Position numbers and translations under genes: made by a program. This document shows, in pieces, positions 39,732-49,064 of a stretch of 62,000 bases of DNA. Positions within the stretch are counted from its first letter, which is position 1, and each line of letters begins with the position of its first letter. Under the pieces are notes generated by a model that was given only the letters and a program-made list of their open reading frames with translations, was not told the origin of the DNA and did not search any database. Source of the stretch: Hyalangium minutum. Its GTDB lineage: Bacteria > Myxococcota > Myxococcia > Myxococcales > Myxococcaceae. The stretch spans positions 82,001 through 144,000 of the forward strand of contig NZ_JMCB01000005.1 of assembly GCF_000737315.1 (NCBI RefSeq). The letters are read 5' to 3'.

Positions 39732-40642
39732 AAGGCCCGATTCACCGCGTAGCCGCAGATCTTGTGTTCGGCTGTGTAGGTATTCGGGCCGGGATTCCCA
39801 TCGATGGGGCCCGTGTAGCCGAAGCTCCGGCCGACGGTCTGGACGCGAGTCCAGTAGATGTATCCGGGGATCCCATCTTCCTGCGCGGAGGTGCGAGGCC
39901 CCCCGCGGTTGTTCAGCTCGCGTGCGGTGATCCTCACGCGAACCTTCTCCGTGTTGGGCCCGGTGATTCCATCAATGGGCCCGGTGTAGCCAAAGTCGCG
40001 TTGGCCGACGGTCTGAATGCGCTTGTAATAGATGGGGCCAGGGATGCCGTCTTGCTCGGTCGTCGTTTGGGGCAGACTGCTTCCCCCTCCTCCCGGAGGG
40101 GCTCCGCCGCCGGCAATCCGGCCGCCCGCGTAGTCCATGGACCAGCCGAGGTACCGCGCCCCCGTCCTGCTCGAGTAGCCGGAGACGCTGTTGACGCCGA
40201 TGGCGTCTCCCCAGGACTCGGCAAGGTTCCGGGTGGCCATGAAGACAGTCGTGCCACCGCCATTGAGGTCGGCACCGACGTGACCGTAAGCACCGATGTC
40301 CCACCAGTGGAACGCCCCGGTGAGAGCGGTCGCGGGGTTCGTCGAGACGATCGTCGACGCGTGATAGGCCAGGATGGCGCTGTCACGGGCCGAGGAGGCG
40401 GGGAGCTGACCAAAGCGCCACATCAGCGAGCCGCACCACTGGTCCCACGAAGCGCCGTCTCGCTTGGGGTTGGCGGCAGCGTAGGCCCGTGCTCTGTCGT
40501 AGATGGGCGAGTTCAACTCGGCCGTGACGGTGCTCAGCTCGGCCGCGTCGGCAGCCACGTCCTCAGGGGGTTCGCCGCACGAGGCAAGCACGACGCTTGC
40601 TGACAAGAGTGCGGTGGTCCAAATCATTCGTTTCGAGTGCAT
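39728..40642 (-). CDS. Lipoprotein with CHAP/NlpC-like domain and two C-terminal peptidoglycan-binding-like repeats
   Basis: Lipobox LASC; WCGSLM and YGHVG Cys/His pair; duplicated DGIPG.IY..R.QTVG..FGYTGPIDG..GPNT. Confidence 0.7.
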   Translation of the reverse strand: MHSKRMIWTTALLSASVVLASCGEPPEDVAADAAELSTVTAELNSPIYDRARAYAAANPKRDGASWDQWCGSLMWRFGQLPASSARDSAILAYHASTIVSTNPATALTGAFHWWDIGAYGHVGADLNGGGTTVFMATRNLAESWGDAIGVNSVSGYSSRTGARYLGWSMDYAGGRIAGGGAPPGGGGSSLPQTTTEQDGIPGPIYYKRIQTVGQRDFGYTGPIDGITGPNTEKVRVRITARELNNRGGPRTSAQEDGIPGYIYWTRVQTVGRSFGYTGPIDGNPGPNTYTAEHKICGYAVNRAF

Positions 40643-40885
40643 CAGCGATCTCCAGGTGTGCCGGGCAAGGGGTGGACGTGTGCTCTTCAAGGCGCCGAAC
40701 CTCGGGGCCACCGTGGGTTGTCGGCGGGAGGAGGCCATAAGTTTCCAGTCGCGGGCGAGGGCCCGGCGGCGCAGGAGGCGCGAACGGCCAGATCCCAGCG
40801 TACAGGGGCGCACTCATGTCGATTGTCGAATCGAGTTTCCGGGCTCGTGGCCGGCGCTTAATCCTCGTGCCGGAGGAATCCAAGC

Positions 40886-41989
40886 ATGGGCACGACAGAG
40901 GCAGCACTGCAGGCAGGGCTTGAAGGGGTCGTCGTCGCGGAGACGCGGCTGAGCGAGGTGGATGGCGAGCGCGGACGGCTGGTGATCGCCGGGAGTGATG
41001 TGGAGGTGCTCGCGGGCGCCGTCTCCTTCGAGGAGGTGTGCGCGAGGCTCTGGGCGCCGTACGCCCAGGGACCGCTTCCCTCCTCGCTCCAGGCAGCCCT
41101 CGGGGAGGCGCGCGTGCGGGCCTTCGGGCTGCTGGAGGGGCTGGGCAATGCCCTCTCGGCCGAGGACGGGATGGACGCGCTCCGGGCCGCCATGGCCCAT
41201 GTCCCCCTCCCGCCGGGCAACGAGCAGGAGACGTTCCTCCTTCTGACAGGAGCCGCCGCGGTGTTCACGGGCGCGTGGGCCCGGCGCAGGCGCGGGCTGG
41301 CGTCCGTGCGTCCGGATCCCAAGCTGTCCCATGCCGCGGACCTGCTGCGCATGGTCACCGGAGAGCATCAACCCGAGCGCGCCGCCGGGCTCGATGCGTA
41401 CCTGGTCACCGTCTCCGACCATGGCTTGAATGCCTCCACCTTCACCGCGCGCGTGATCACCTCGACGGGCTCGGATGCGGTGTCCGCCACGGTGGGCGCC
41501 ATCGGCGCGCTCAAGGGCCCGCTCCATGGTGGGGCGCCGGGGCCCGTGCTGGACATGCTCGACGCCATCGCCCGGCCGGAGAACGCGGCGTCGTGGCTGG
41601 AAGGGGAGCTGAAGGCCGGCCGCCGCATCATGGGCATGGGCCACCGCATCTACCGCGTGAGAGATCCTCGCGCTGCCGTACTGGAGCGCGCCATCGAGCG
41701 GCTGGAGCGCGGCGGGCTGCGGACCGACCGGCTCGCGCTGGCTCGGGCGGTGGAGCGTGCAGCCGAGGAGCTGCTCCGTCAGCGCTACCCGGATCGCCCG
41801 CTGCGCGCCAACGTGGAGTTCTACACGGCCGTGCTGCTCGACGCGGTGGGACTCGATCGGACGCTGTTCTCCACGGCCTTCGCCTGTGGCCGCGTCGCGG
41901 GCTGGCTCGGGCACGTCGCCGAGCAGCGGGCCACCGGTAGGCTCATCCGGCCCGCCTCCCGCTACGTGGGCACCATGCCGAAGGAGTAG
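40886..41989 (+). CDS. Citrate synthase family protein (CS-I-like, NVEFY variant)
   Basis: GLEGVV, DHGLNASTF, GPLHGGAP, GMGHRIYRVRDPRA, ANVEFY. Confidence 0.9.
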   Translation: MGTTEAALQAGLEGVVVAETRLSEVDGERGRLVIAGSDVEVLAGAVSFEEVCARLWAPYAQGPLPSSLQAALGEARVRAFGLLEGLGNALSAEDGMDALRAAMAHVPLPPGNEQETFLLLTGAAAVFTGAWARRRRGLASVRPDPKLSHAADLLRMVTGEHQPERAAGLDAYLVTVSDHGLNASTFTARVITSTGSDAVSATVGAIGALKGPLHGGAPGPVLDMLDAIARPENAASWLEGELKAGRRIMGMGHRIYRVRDPRAAVLERAIERLERGGLRTDRLALARAVERAAEELLRQRYPDRPLRANVEFYTAVLLDAVGLDRTLFSTAFACGRVAGWLGHVAEQRATGRLIRPASRYVGTMPKE

Positions 41990-42054
41990 GGCAGGGGCGG
42001 CAATGGCCCGCCGCCTCCGGCGTAGAGTCCTCCGCTAGCGTGTGAGGAGGAACG

Positions 42055-42729
42055 ATGGACCGTGTTCGCTCGAAGCCACCGTCGAAGCGGTGGGTGAAGT
42101 ACCTGGCCGACCTGGCCTTCTTGGCCATCATCCTGGTGGGCCGTGGCAGCTTCGCGGACCACTACCATGTGCCCTCGGGCTCCATGGAGCCCACGCTCCA
42201 GGTGGGCGATCGCCTCGCGGTGGACAAGAGCGCCTATGGGCTGCGCATTCCTCTCACCCACGTCTGGCTGACCGAGAAGTCCCCTCAGCGTGGGGATGTG
42301 GTCGTCTTCGACTCTCCGGCGGATGGCAACGTGCTGGTCAAACGCCTGGTGGGGCTCCCGGGCGACCGCATCGCCTTCGATGGTGTGAACCTCCTCCTCA
42401 ACGGCCAACGTGTGCCTCAGGGCTTCACGCAGGAGGACGCGCGCATCGAATATCTGCCGGGCGCGCCCCACCCGCTCCACCCCGAGCCCTACCAGGGGCC
42501 TCCCATGAGAGAGGTGGAGGTGCCCCCGCGGCACTACCTGATGCTCGGCGATCATCGGGGCAACTCGGCGGACAGCCGCATCTTCGGACTCGTTCCCCGA
42601 GAGAACCTGCTCGGCCGGGCAGCGGCTGTCTACTACAGCCCGCGCGAGGGGCTCTCTGGCAGCGAGCGCTGGTGGATTCCCCTGCGCGCGGCGGAGGGCT
42701 CGGAGAGCGACCCGCGTCTCACGCGGTAG
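42055..42729 (+). CDS. lepB: Signal peptidase I
   Basis: VPSGSMEPTL (Ser), LVKRLVGLPGD (Lys), MLGDHRGNSADSR. Confidence 0.92.
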   Translation: MDRVRSKPPSKRWVKYLADLAFLAIILVGRGSFADHYHVPSGSMEPTLQVGDRLAVDKSAYGLRIPLTHVWLTEKSPQRGDVVVFDSPADGNVLVKRLVGLPGDRIAFDGVNLLLNGQRVPQGFTQEDARIEYLPGAPHPLHPEPYQGPPMREVEVPPRHYLMLGDHRGNSADSRIFGLVPRENLLGRAAAVYYSPREGLSGSERWWIPLRAAEGSESDPRLTR

Positions 42730-42813
42730 GAGCGCAGGGGGATGCTGTATCAGCCAGCCACCCGACTGGTGTATGCAGCCGCATCCCCCCGTCGTATGCC
42801 TGAGGAGTCTCCG

Positions 42814-43839
42814 ATGCGTCGTCTCGGTCCCTGCCTTCTTGTCGCGAGCCTGCTGGCCGGTTGCGGTCCTGCCCAATCCGAACCGTCTTTCACCCCGTCA
42901 CTCGATCGCGAGGCCGCGTCGCTCACCACCACGGACGTGGATGTGGCCCCAGAGTGCCAGGGCATCCTCACCTTCGTGAACACGGCATCCTTCGAGACAC
43001 TGGACGCGTACCTTCCCAGCGACGCTGCCAGCAACCTCGTCGCCCGCCGCTCGACGGCGCCCTTCGCGACGCTGGCGGAGGTCTCCGCCGTCAACCTGAT
43101 GGGCCCGGTTCGCCTGACCCAGATCGAGTCGGGTGCCCGTGCTCTCGGCTACATCGACAGCACCTGTGCCGGCATCCTGGACGAGCTCGCTCTCTCTTCC
43201 GATGACGCCGCGGCGGTGGTGTCCCTGGTGAACACCGTGAGCGCCAGTACCCTGTACGCTGTCCTGCCTCACGCGTGGAATGGCGCCACGAACCTCATCA
43301 ACCTGCGTCCGTTCACCTCGGCCCAGGCCATCTCCAACGTCAGCGGCATCGGCGCGGTGAGCCTGCGGAACCTCCGCAACGCCGCCACGATGGGGTACTC
43401 CCTGGAGGTGCTCGTCTCTGCGGTGAACGCCCTGCCCGAGGACGAGTGGACCGTGAAGCTGGATCAGTCCTTCGAGGTGGCAAATGTCATCGCGGGGGAG
43501 CATGGGAATGGGCGCAACAACGGGGGGACCTGCTTCGGCATCGACCCCAGCACCTTCCCGAGCACTTGGACGAACCGCCCGACGCTGGCCACGGCCACCG
43601 AAGTTCGCGACTACGTCGCGAGCGCCGCCTCTTTCGCCAACTACGTCCACAACTACCCGATCTCGAGTGAGGTCGTCACGGAGGGCCTGGCGAATCTCGA
43701 AACGCGCATCGCTGGCCGCACGTTCAAAGGCTGCCATCTCAGCTACAGCAAGGGCCCGTGGGGCGGCATCCAGGTTCACTTCTTCGTCGACACGGAGACG
43801 GGCTTCCGGATCCTGACGGAGCAGCACTGGGTCGAGTGA
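42814..43839 (+). CDS. Lipoprotein with two ComEA-like helix-hairpin-helix modules and an unknown C-terminal domain
   Basis: GAGGAG RBS; lipobox LAGC; VNTAS..TLD...PFATLAEVSAVNLMG and VNTVS...PFTSAQAISNVSGIG repeats. Confidence 0.7.
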   Translation: MRRLGPCLLVASLLAGCGPAQSEPSFTPSLDREAASLTTTDVDVAPECQGILTFVNTASFETLDAYLPSDAASNLVARRSTAPFATLAEVSAVNLMGPVRLTQIESGARALGYIDSTCAGILDELALSSDDAAAVVSLVNTVSASTLYAVLPHAWNGATNLINLRPFTSAQAISNVSGIGAVSLRNLRNAATMGYSLEVLVSAVNALPEDEWTVKLDQSFEVANVIAGEHGNGRNNGGTCFGIDPSTFPSTWTNRPTLATATEVRDYVASAASFANYVHNYPISSEVVTEGLANLETRIAGRTFKGCHLSYSKGPWGGIQVHFFVDTETGFRILTEQHWVE

Positions 43840-43849
43840 GGGGCTTGCT

Positions 43850-45286
43850 TCATTCCCACTCGTAGTCCAAGTCGAGGACCTTGCCCGCAGCGTCCAGACT
43901 GAACGTCCATTTCACCGAGATGTCCTGGCCATACACCACGCGGAGGATGCGCTTGCGCGGCTCGCTGTCCCTGCGGTCCTCGAGCAGGACCACTCGGCGG
44001 ACGGGCGGATAGAGGGCGCTGCCCGGCGTTCCGAAGCCGCGCAGCACCGGCACGAGCTCCTCCTGTGCGCGGGGCGCGAAGGCGGCCGCATCGAGCGTGC
44101 CGTTCATCACGCCCTCCACGACCCCGCGCAGCGTGGCGGTCAGGGCCGGCTCCGTGTCCGCGAGGCCCGGCGCGTCCAGCCCTGGAAGCGGCGGCAGGTG
44201 GAGGCTCGCGATGTTGCGTGCCAGCACCGGGAGGAGTCCCTGCTTGTTCGTCAGGATGATCACCGTGAGCTTCTGGTCCGGGATGCGAAGCACGTCTCCG
44301 AGCGAGCCACCCCCGCTGTGCCCGAAGGTCAGCAGCCCGCGCAGCTGGCTCACGGCAAACGCCACGCCGAAGCCGCCCGCGTGCCCGTCCTTCAGCTTGA
44401 GGGCGGTGGCGCTGGCCTGCTGCATCGCGGGGGTGAGCAGGGTGCCCTGGTCCATGGCCACGGCCCACTGGGCGAGGTCCTTCGCGCAGGAGAAGACCCC
44501 GCCCGCGGCGTAGGTGTGGACAGGGTAGAGGAACCAGGCTCGTTGGGGCACGCCGTCCACGAAGCGATAGAGGCTGGCGCGGCGCGGGATGACATCGGCG
44601 AGGCGTACCGGGCCCTCCTGCCTCGCGTGCTCGTAGCGCGTGCAGGAGAAACCGAGGGGCTGGAAGATGCGGCTGCGCAGCAGCTCCTCGAAGCGCTCCC
44701 CGGTGACCTTTTCCATGAGGTGGGTGAGCACGACGAAGTCCGTGAGCGCGTATTCGCTGCGCTCGCCGGGGGCGTAGGCCAGGGAGGTCTTCTTGGCGGC
44801 CTCGTACCGCTCGGCGGCGGTGGCGGCACTGCTGTCTTCATCGGGGAGATCCTTCAACCCCGACGCGTGTGCGGTGAGGTGCCGGACGGTCATCCCCTTC
44901 CAGGTCTCGGGCGCGTCCGGCAGGTATTTCGAGAGGGGCTCATCGAGGTCGAGCTTGCCCTCCTGCACGAGGCGCATCACCAGTGTGCCGGTGAAGACCT
45001 TGGTGGCAGAGGCGATCTGAAACGAGGTCTCGGGTCCCACCTTCGTCTCGGACTCCAGGTCCGCGAGACCGTACGAGCCGAGCCGCTCGACCTTTCCATC
45101 ACGAACGATGGCCAGGGCAATGCCGGGGACCTGGTTCTTCTCCATGACGGCCTGGAGGTAGGCGTCCACGGCATCGGTGGCCGAGCCGCCGAGTGTCTCC
45201 GGGGAGGACAGCGGTGGGTGCGTCGCACAGCTCGCCGTGAGGAGGAGGAACGCCAAGGCCAGCAGGTCTTTCGTCACATCCCTCAT
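43850..45286 (-). CDS. Serine hydrolase (beta-lactamase class C/peptidase S12 family), predicted lipoprotein
   Basis: FQIASATK (SxxK), L.H.SG-like LTAHASG, FGHSGG; lipobox TASC. The YxN position reads YAL. Confidence 0.85.
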   Translation of the reverse strand: MRDVTKDLLALAFLLLTASCATHPPLSSPETLGGSATDAVDAYLQAVMEKNQVPGIALAIVRDGKVERLGSYGLADLESETKVGPETSFQIASATKVFTGTLVMRLVQEGKLDLDEPLSKYLPDAPETWKGMTVRHLTAHASGLKDLPDEDSSAATAAERYEAAKKTSLAYAPGERSEYALTDFVVLTHLMEKVTGERFEELLRSRIFQPLGFSCTRYEHARQEGPVRLADVIPRRASLYRFVDGVPQRAWFLYPVHTYAAGGVFSCAKDLAQWAVAMDQGTLLTPAMQQASATALKLKDGHAGGFGVAFAVSQLRGLLTFGHSGGGSLGDVLRIPDQKLTVIILTNKQGLLPVLARNIASLHLPPLPGLDAPGLADTEPALTATLRGVVEGVMNGTLDAAAFAPRAQEELVPVLRGFGTPGSALYPPVRRVVLLEDRRDSEPRKRILRVVYGQDISVKWTFSLDAAGKVLDLDYEWE

Positions 45287-45374
45287 TGAACTGCTTCTAT
45301 CCCCGAGCTGTCCCGAGCAATTTTCACTCAGGTTGCTCCCGAGGGAGCCGGGTGCTTAGGTCCGGGCCGCCGCC

Positions 45375-46034
45375 ATGACTCCGCCCGGCCCCTTGCTCGC
45401 TTCCATTTATGGACTGTACCTGCTCGCGGTCATCACGCCCGGGCCGAACACGTTCATCGTCACGCGCTTGGCGCTGTCCACCACGCGTCGGCACGCGGCC
45501 TGGGCCGTGTTGGGCATTGCCTTGGGGAATGCCGCGTGGCTGTGCGTCATCTTGGGCGGCGTCGCCGTCCTCTTGCAGCAGCACCCGGAAGGCATGCGCG
45601 CCATGCGCTACGTGGGCGGGCTGTACCTGCTCTACCTGGGCGTGCGAGGGCTGTGTGCCGCACGGACGGCCTCACGGGCTTCCGAGGCGGCTCCCGCTGC
45701 GGCTCCGGGGACGGCGCTCGTGGAGAGGGCCATGTCGGGGGAGGAAGACCGGCCGTTTCGCAGTGGGCTGTTCGCCAGCCTGTCCAATCCGAACACGATG
45801 CCGTTCTACCTGAGCATTCTCGCACCCACGGTGGCCCCGGACATCCCCCTGTGGGTGCGCGTGGCGGCAGCCGTGGGCATCGTGATGATCGCCATGGCGT
45901 GGTACGGGACTCTGGCCTGGGGCCTGTCCACTGGCCACGTCCGGCAGGCGTACTCCCGGCGGGAGCCGGTCATCCGCCGGGTGCTTGCGCTGGTGCTGAT
46001 GGCCTACGGGCTCCGGCTGCTGATCTCGGGGTAG
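45375..46034 (+). CDS. LysE/RhtB family exporter
   Basis: ITPGPN, GGLYLLYLG, NP motif, about six TM segments. Confidence 0.88.
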   Translation: MTPPGPLLASIYGLYLLAVITPGPNTFIVTRLALSTTRRHAAWAVLGIALGNAAWLCVILGGVAVLLQQHPEGMRAMRYVGGLYLLYLGVRGLCAARTASRASEAAPAAAPGTALVERAMSGEEDRPFRSGLFASLSNPNTMPFYLSILAPTVAPDIPLWVRVAAAVGIVMIAMAWYGTLAWGLSTGHVRQAYSRREPVIRRVLALVLMAYGLRLLISG

Positions 46035-46167
46035 AGGCGCGGTAGGGAACCACCGATTCCCGGTGATTCAGGCTCGTCGTGCGGAACTCCCAGCTTGATC
46101 AGCGTCTCGAGCGTCCTCGCCATGTCCTCCGCCGCGCCCGCCAACCGGGAGTGTATCCCGAGAGAGC

Positions 46168-47424
46168 TCAGCGGCAGTCCGCCAGCACCGTGCGCGCCCG
46201 CTCCTCCAGCGCTGGTACCTGCTCCTCCCCCGAGGCGAGCAGCGCCTTCACGGCCTTGCAGCCCTGTGCCTGGGCGTTCGCGGCTTTGACGGCGTCCCAG
46301 TAGAGCTCCAGCGCCCCGGCGGTGCGGCGAGAGGCCAGGTTGGTCTCGGCCAGCGCTAGCGCCTTCTGAGGAGCCGCGCCGAGTCCCAGATAGAAACGCG
46401 CGGCATGATCCGCGAAGGCCAGCGGATGGCGGGCAGTCCAGTGCTCGAAGCCGGCCGTCGCTCGGGCCAGGAACTGCTGAGCCTCGGACTCCTTGCCGGT
46501 CTGGCGCAGCAAGCCCGCGAGCTGCGCGGCGGACTCGGGATCATCTGAGCGCTCCACGACGGGCCGCAACAGGGCAATGGCCTTGTCGGTGCGGCCCGCG
46601 GCGGTTTCCACCTCGGCGAGGTGGGTGGCCGCGGCGGCGTAGACCGGGAGGCGCGCATGGGCCGCCGCCCAGGACTGGCCAGCGCGCTCCAGGTTGCCCG
46701 CGCTCTCCCAGAGCAGACCCTCCTGGAACTCCAGCCACGCCACGGGGAAGGGGGACACGTCCCGGTACGTGGCACGCGCCTGCGCGTAGAGCTTGGCGGC
46801 CTCCTCGAAGTGGCCCTCTTCGGTCATGGCGCCAGCGAGCCCCGCCAGCGTCTCCAGGCTCGGCCGGGCTTCGGCGGCGGCCCGGTGGAACTTCTGCGCT
46901 TCACTCGCGTGCCCGGTGGCCTGGAGAATGGCCGCCCGAGGCTCATCGATGGCGAGGCCCTTCACGCCCCGGTGCTCGGCCTCCGCCAGATCCGCCAGCG
47001 CCTCGTCGAAATGGTGCAGCCGGCCCCGCACGTTGGCGCGCTTGAGGTAGCTCTGGGCATCCTCGGGCGCCGCCTGGACCAGCCGGTCCGCCAGTTCCAG
47101 GGACTGATCATAGTCCGCGAGCACCCCAAGGAACTGGGCTCGCACCATTCGCAGCTCCATCATCGCCCTCAGCCGGTCGGGGGCCGTGGGCTGCTCGGCC
47201 AGCCTCCTCTCGGCCTGGGCCAGCTGCGTCTCGAAGTTGTGGAGAGCGAGGGCGCCATCCGTCGTGCGCGGCTCTGGAGGCAGGGCTGCGGTGTCCCCGC
47301 CCGCTCCGCCCACCGCGGCAGGCGGTGAAGCGGAGGGACGGGGCGTGGAGGCATTGCGGTCGCATCCCGATGCCACCATTCCAGTACCGATCAATAGGAG
47401 GACTCGCCAGTGCATGGTGGTCAT
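46168..47424 (-). CDS. TPR-repeat lipoprotein
   Basis: Lipobox ASGC, Ala-rich tandem helical repeats; third gene of the DUF4331 cluster; start may be 47415. Confidence 0.8.
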   Translation of the reverse strand: MTTMHWRVLLLIGTGMVASGCDRNASTPRPSASPPAAVGGAGGDTAALPPEPRTTDGALALHNFETQLAQAERRLAEQPTAPDRLRAMMELRMVRAQFLGVLADYDQSLELADRLVQAAPEDAQSYLKRANVRGRLHHFDEALADLAEAEHRGVKGLAIDEPRAAILQATGHASEAQKFHRAAAEARPSLETLAGLAGAMTEEGHFEEAAKLYAQARATYRDVSPFPVAWLEFQEGLLWESAGNLERAGQSWAAAHARLPVYAAAATHLAEVETAAGRTDKAIALLRPVVERSDDPESAAQLAGLLRQTGKESEAQQFLARATAGFEHWTARHPLAFADHAARFYLGLGAAPQKALALAETNLASRRTAGALELYWDAVKAANAQAQGCKAVKALLASGEEQVPALEERARTVLADCR

Positions 47425-47442
47425 TGGGAAGGCCCTTTCGTC

Positions 47443-48063
47443 TTAGCGAGGTGCGGCGAGGAACGGGAACGCGGTGTGGGAGTGGATGTTGCCATCCCCG
47501 TCGGCGTTGATGCCGTCTGTCACGCCGGTGAGCACCCCGGCGGCGAGCACCGAGAAGCTCGTGTCGATCACGTCGTAGTTGGGAGCGCGGCCGCCGCAGT
47601 CGTTATTGGGGACGACGTTGACGGCATTGGCCTCGACGGCCAGGTACTGGCCACACGTGGTAGAGGCGGTGTTGACGTAGAGCTGGTCTTCCGCCAGCAC
47701 TCCGGCCAGGGTGTTGTAGCGCCCGGCGGCGTCCGTCGGGCCCGCCAGCAGCTGGTTGCCGCATTGGGCGTCCAACCCGTCGAGGATGGACAGGCTGGAG
47801 GCGATGTTGGCGGAGTAGCCGGACCAACTGGCCTGCAGCGAGACGTTGTAGCTGTCCTTGGCGGCGTTCGTGGTGTTGGCGTCCGCTTCGAACGTGCCGA
47901 TGAGGGCGGCGTTGATGGCCGGCCGCCCCATCCGATCGATCAGCGTCCCCAGCGTTGGCACCGGAGGCGGCTGGTTGTCCGGAGGCTCCTCGTCATCATC
48001 CTTGCACGCCGCAAGAGGCATCAGCAGGCTCGCGTAGAGAGCCATCTTCAGGATTCGCTTCAT
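47443..48063 (-). CDS. DUF4331-family lipoprotein (C-terminal-half type)
   Basis: Lipobox LAAC; IDRMGRPAINAAL, CGGRAP..DVIDTS and FPFLAAP motifs. Confidence 0.75.
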   Translation of the reverse strand: MKRILKMALYASLLMPLAACKDDDEEPPDNQPPPVPTLGTLIDRMGRPAINAALIGTFEADANTTNAAKDSYNVSLQASWSGYSANIASSLSILDGLDAQCGNQLLAGPTDAAGRYNTLAGVLAEDQLYVNTASTTCGQYLAVEANAVNVVPNNDCGGRAPNYDVIDTSFSVLAAGVLTGVTDGINADGDGNIHSHTAFPFLAAPR

Positions 48064-48075
48064 GGTGGCTCTCCG

Positions 48076-48777
48076 TTAGCGGCGGTGAGTGCTGGCCCAG
48101 ACGCCCAGGATGGGACCGCCGGGAGTGACGAGGCTCTTGTCGACCTGGACCACGATGGCCAGGGTGTTCGTGCCGGCGAAGGTGTCCGTCGGCGCGGCGC
48201 CGTTCGCGCCCGTTCTGAGCTGGGTGACGAGCGTGTTGGACGTGGCCGAGTCCAGCTTCGGGCAGCCCGCCGTGTCGAAGGTGAGTGACGAGGCCGCGCT
48301 CTTCACCGCGCCGACCGTGGCCGCGAAGCCGGGGATGTTGAAGAAGAACGGATCATTCCGCAGGCCCGCGAATACCTTCAGCTTGCCGCTCGTGCTGGAG
48401 AGGCCCTGGGCCGCGTCCGCCTTGCCGGTGACGTACTCGCTGTCGCCCGCCCAGCAGCTGATCGTCTGCTGTGCGTCGAAGCCGCAGATGATGCGGACCT
48501 CGGTGGAGGCCGTCGCGGTGAAGGTCTGCTTGGAGTTGAGGTGGAAGACGTAGAGGACGGCGTCCGAGGGCAGGGTGCCTGTGGGAGCCGCCGGGTTGAA
48601 GGTCATCACCAGGTTGACCTTCTGCCCGCCCGAGTCCGTCCAGGCATACAAGTCATTGATGTCCGCGTCCTTGTTCGAGGTGGCGGACGGGCCATCCCGG
48701 TGGTCCGCGGCTTGCGCGGTGGGGAGCAGCGCGAACAGCGCTAGCAACCCGGTGAGTTGCAGGGAGAGTCGTTTCAT
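48076..48777 (-). CDS. DUF4331-family secreted protein (N-terminal-half type)
   Basis: Signal peptide; ADHRDGP, ADINDLYAW, FAGLRNDPFFFN, DTFAGTNTLAIVV motifs. Confidence 0.78.
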   Translation of the reverse strand: MKRLSLQLTGLLALFALLPTAQAADHRDGPSATSNKDADINDLYAWTDSGGQKVNLVMTFNPAAPTGTLPSDAVLYVFHLNSKQTFTATASTEVRIICGFDAQQTISCWAGDSEYVTGKADAAQGLSSTSGKLKVFAGLRNDPFFFNIPGFAATVGAVKSAASSLTFDTAGCPKLDSATSNTLVTQLRTGANGAAPTDTFAGTNTLAIVVQVDKSLVTPGGPILGVWASTHRR

Positions 48778-49064
48778 CGAGGGTCCTTTCGACTTCGGGT
48801 ACAGAACGGCGGGGCGAGGTACGGAACAGACCCCGGATCTGGATCTCCGAAATCGACGCGGCGCCCTCAGCGAAGTGCATCCGGGCAAGCAGGGGGGCCG
48901 CAGAAGGCCCTGTGATTTCAGCCGCTTGGCAGGCACCCAAAAAAGAATATTCGCCGTGTCGATCTCGCGGTTCCTGGTTCGACGCATCCATAGGAGCCGG
49001 AGTTCAGTGGGCCGAAGCCCTCGGGACGCCTGCTCCCCACCCGCAGTTCCAGAGAGGGCAAACC

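Noticed and set aside
39728-40642. Endolysin-like gene as evidence of a prophage
   Set aside because: No holin, integrase, capsid or att repeats nearby, and the protein has a lipoprotein signal.
46040-46165. Minus-strand protein-like stretch (RLAGAAEDMARTLETLIKLGVPHDE) after the TPR gene, possible gene remnant
   Set aside because: Too short to assign; no supporting family motif without a search.
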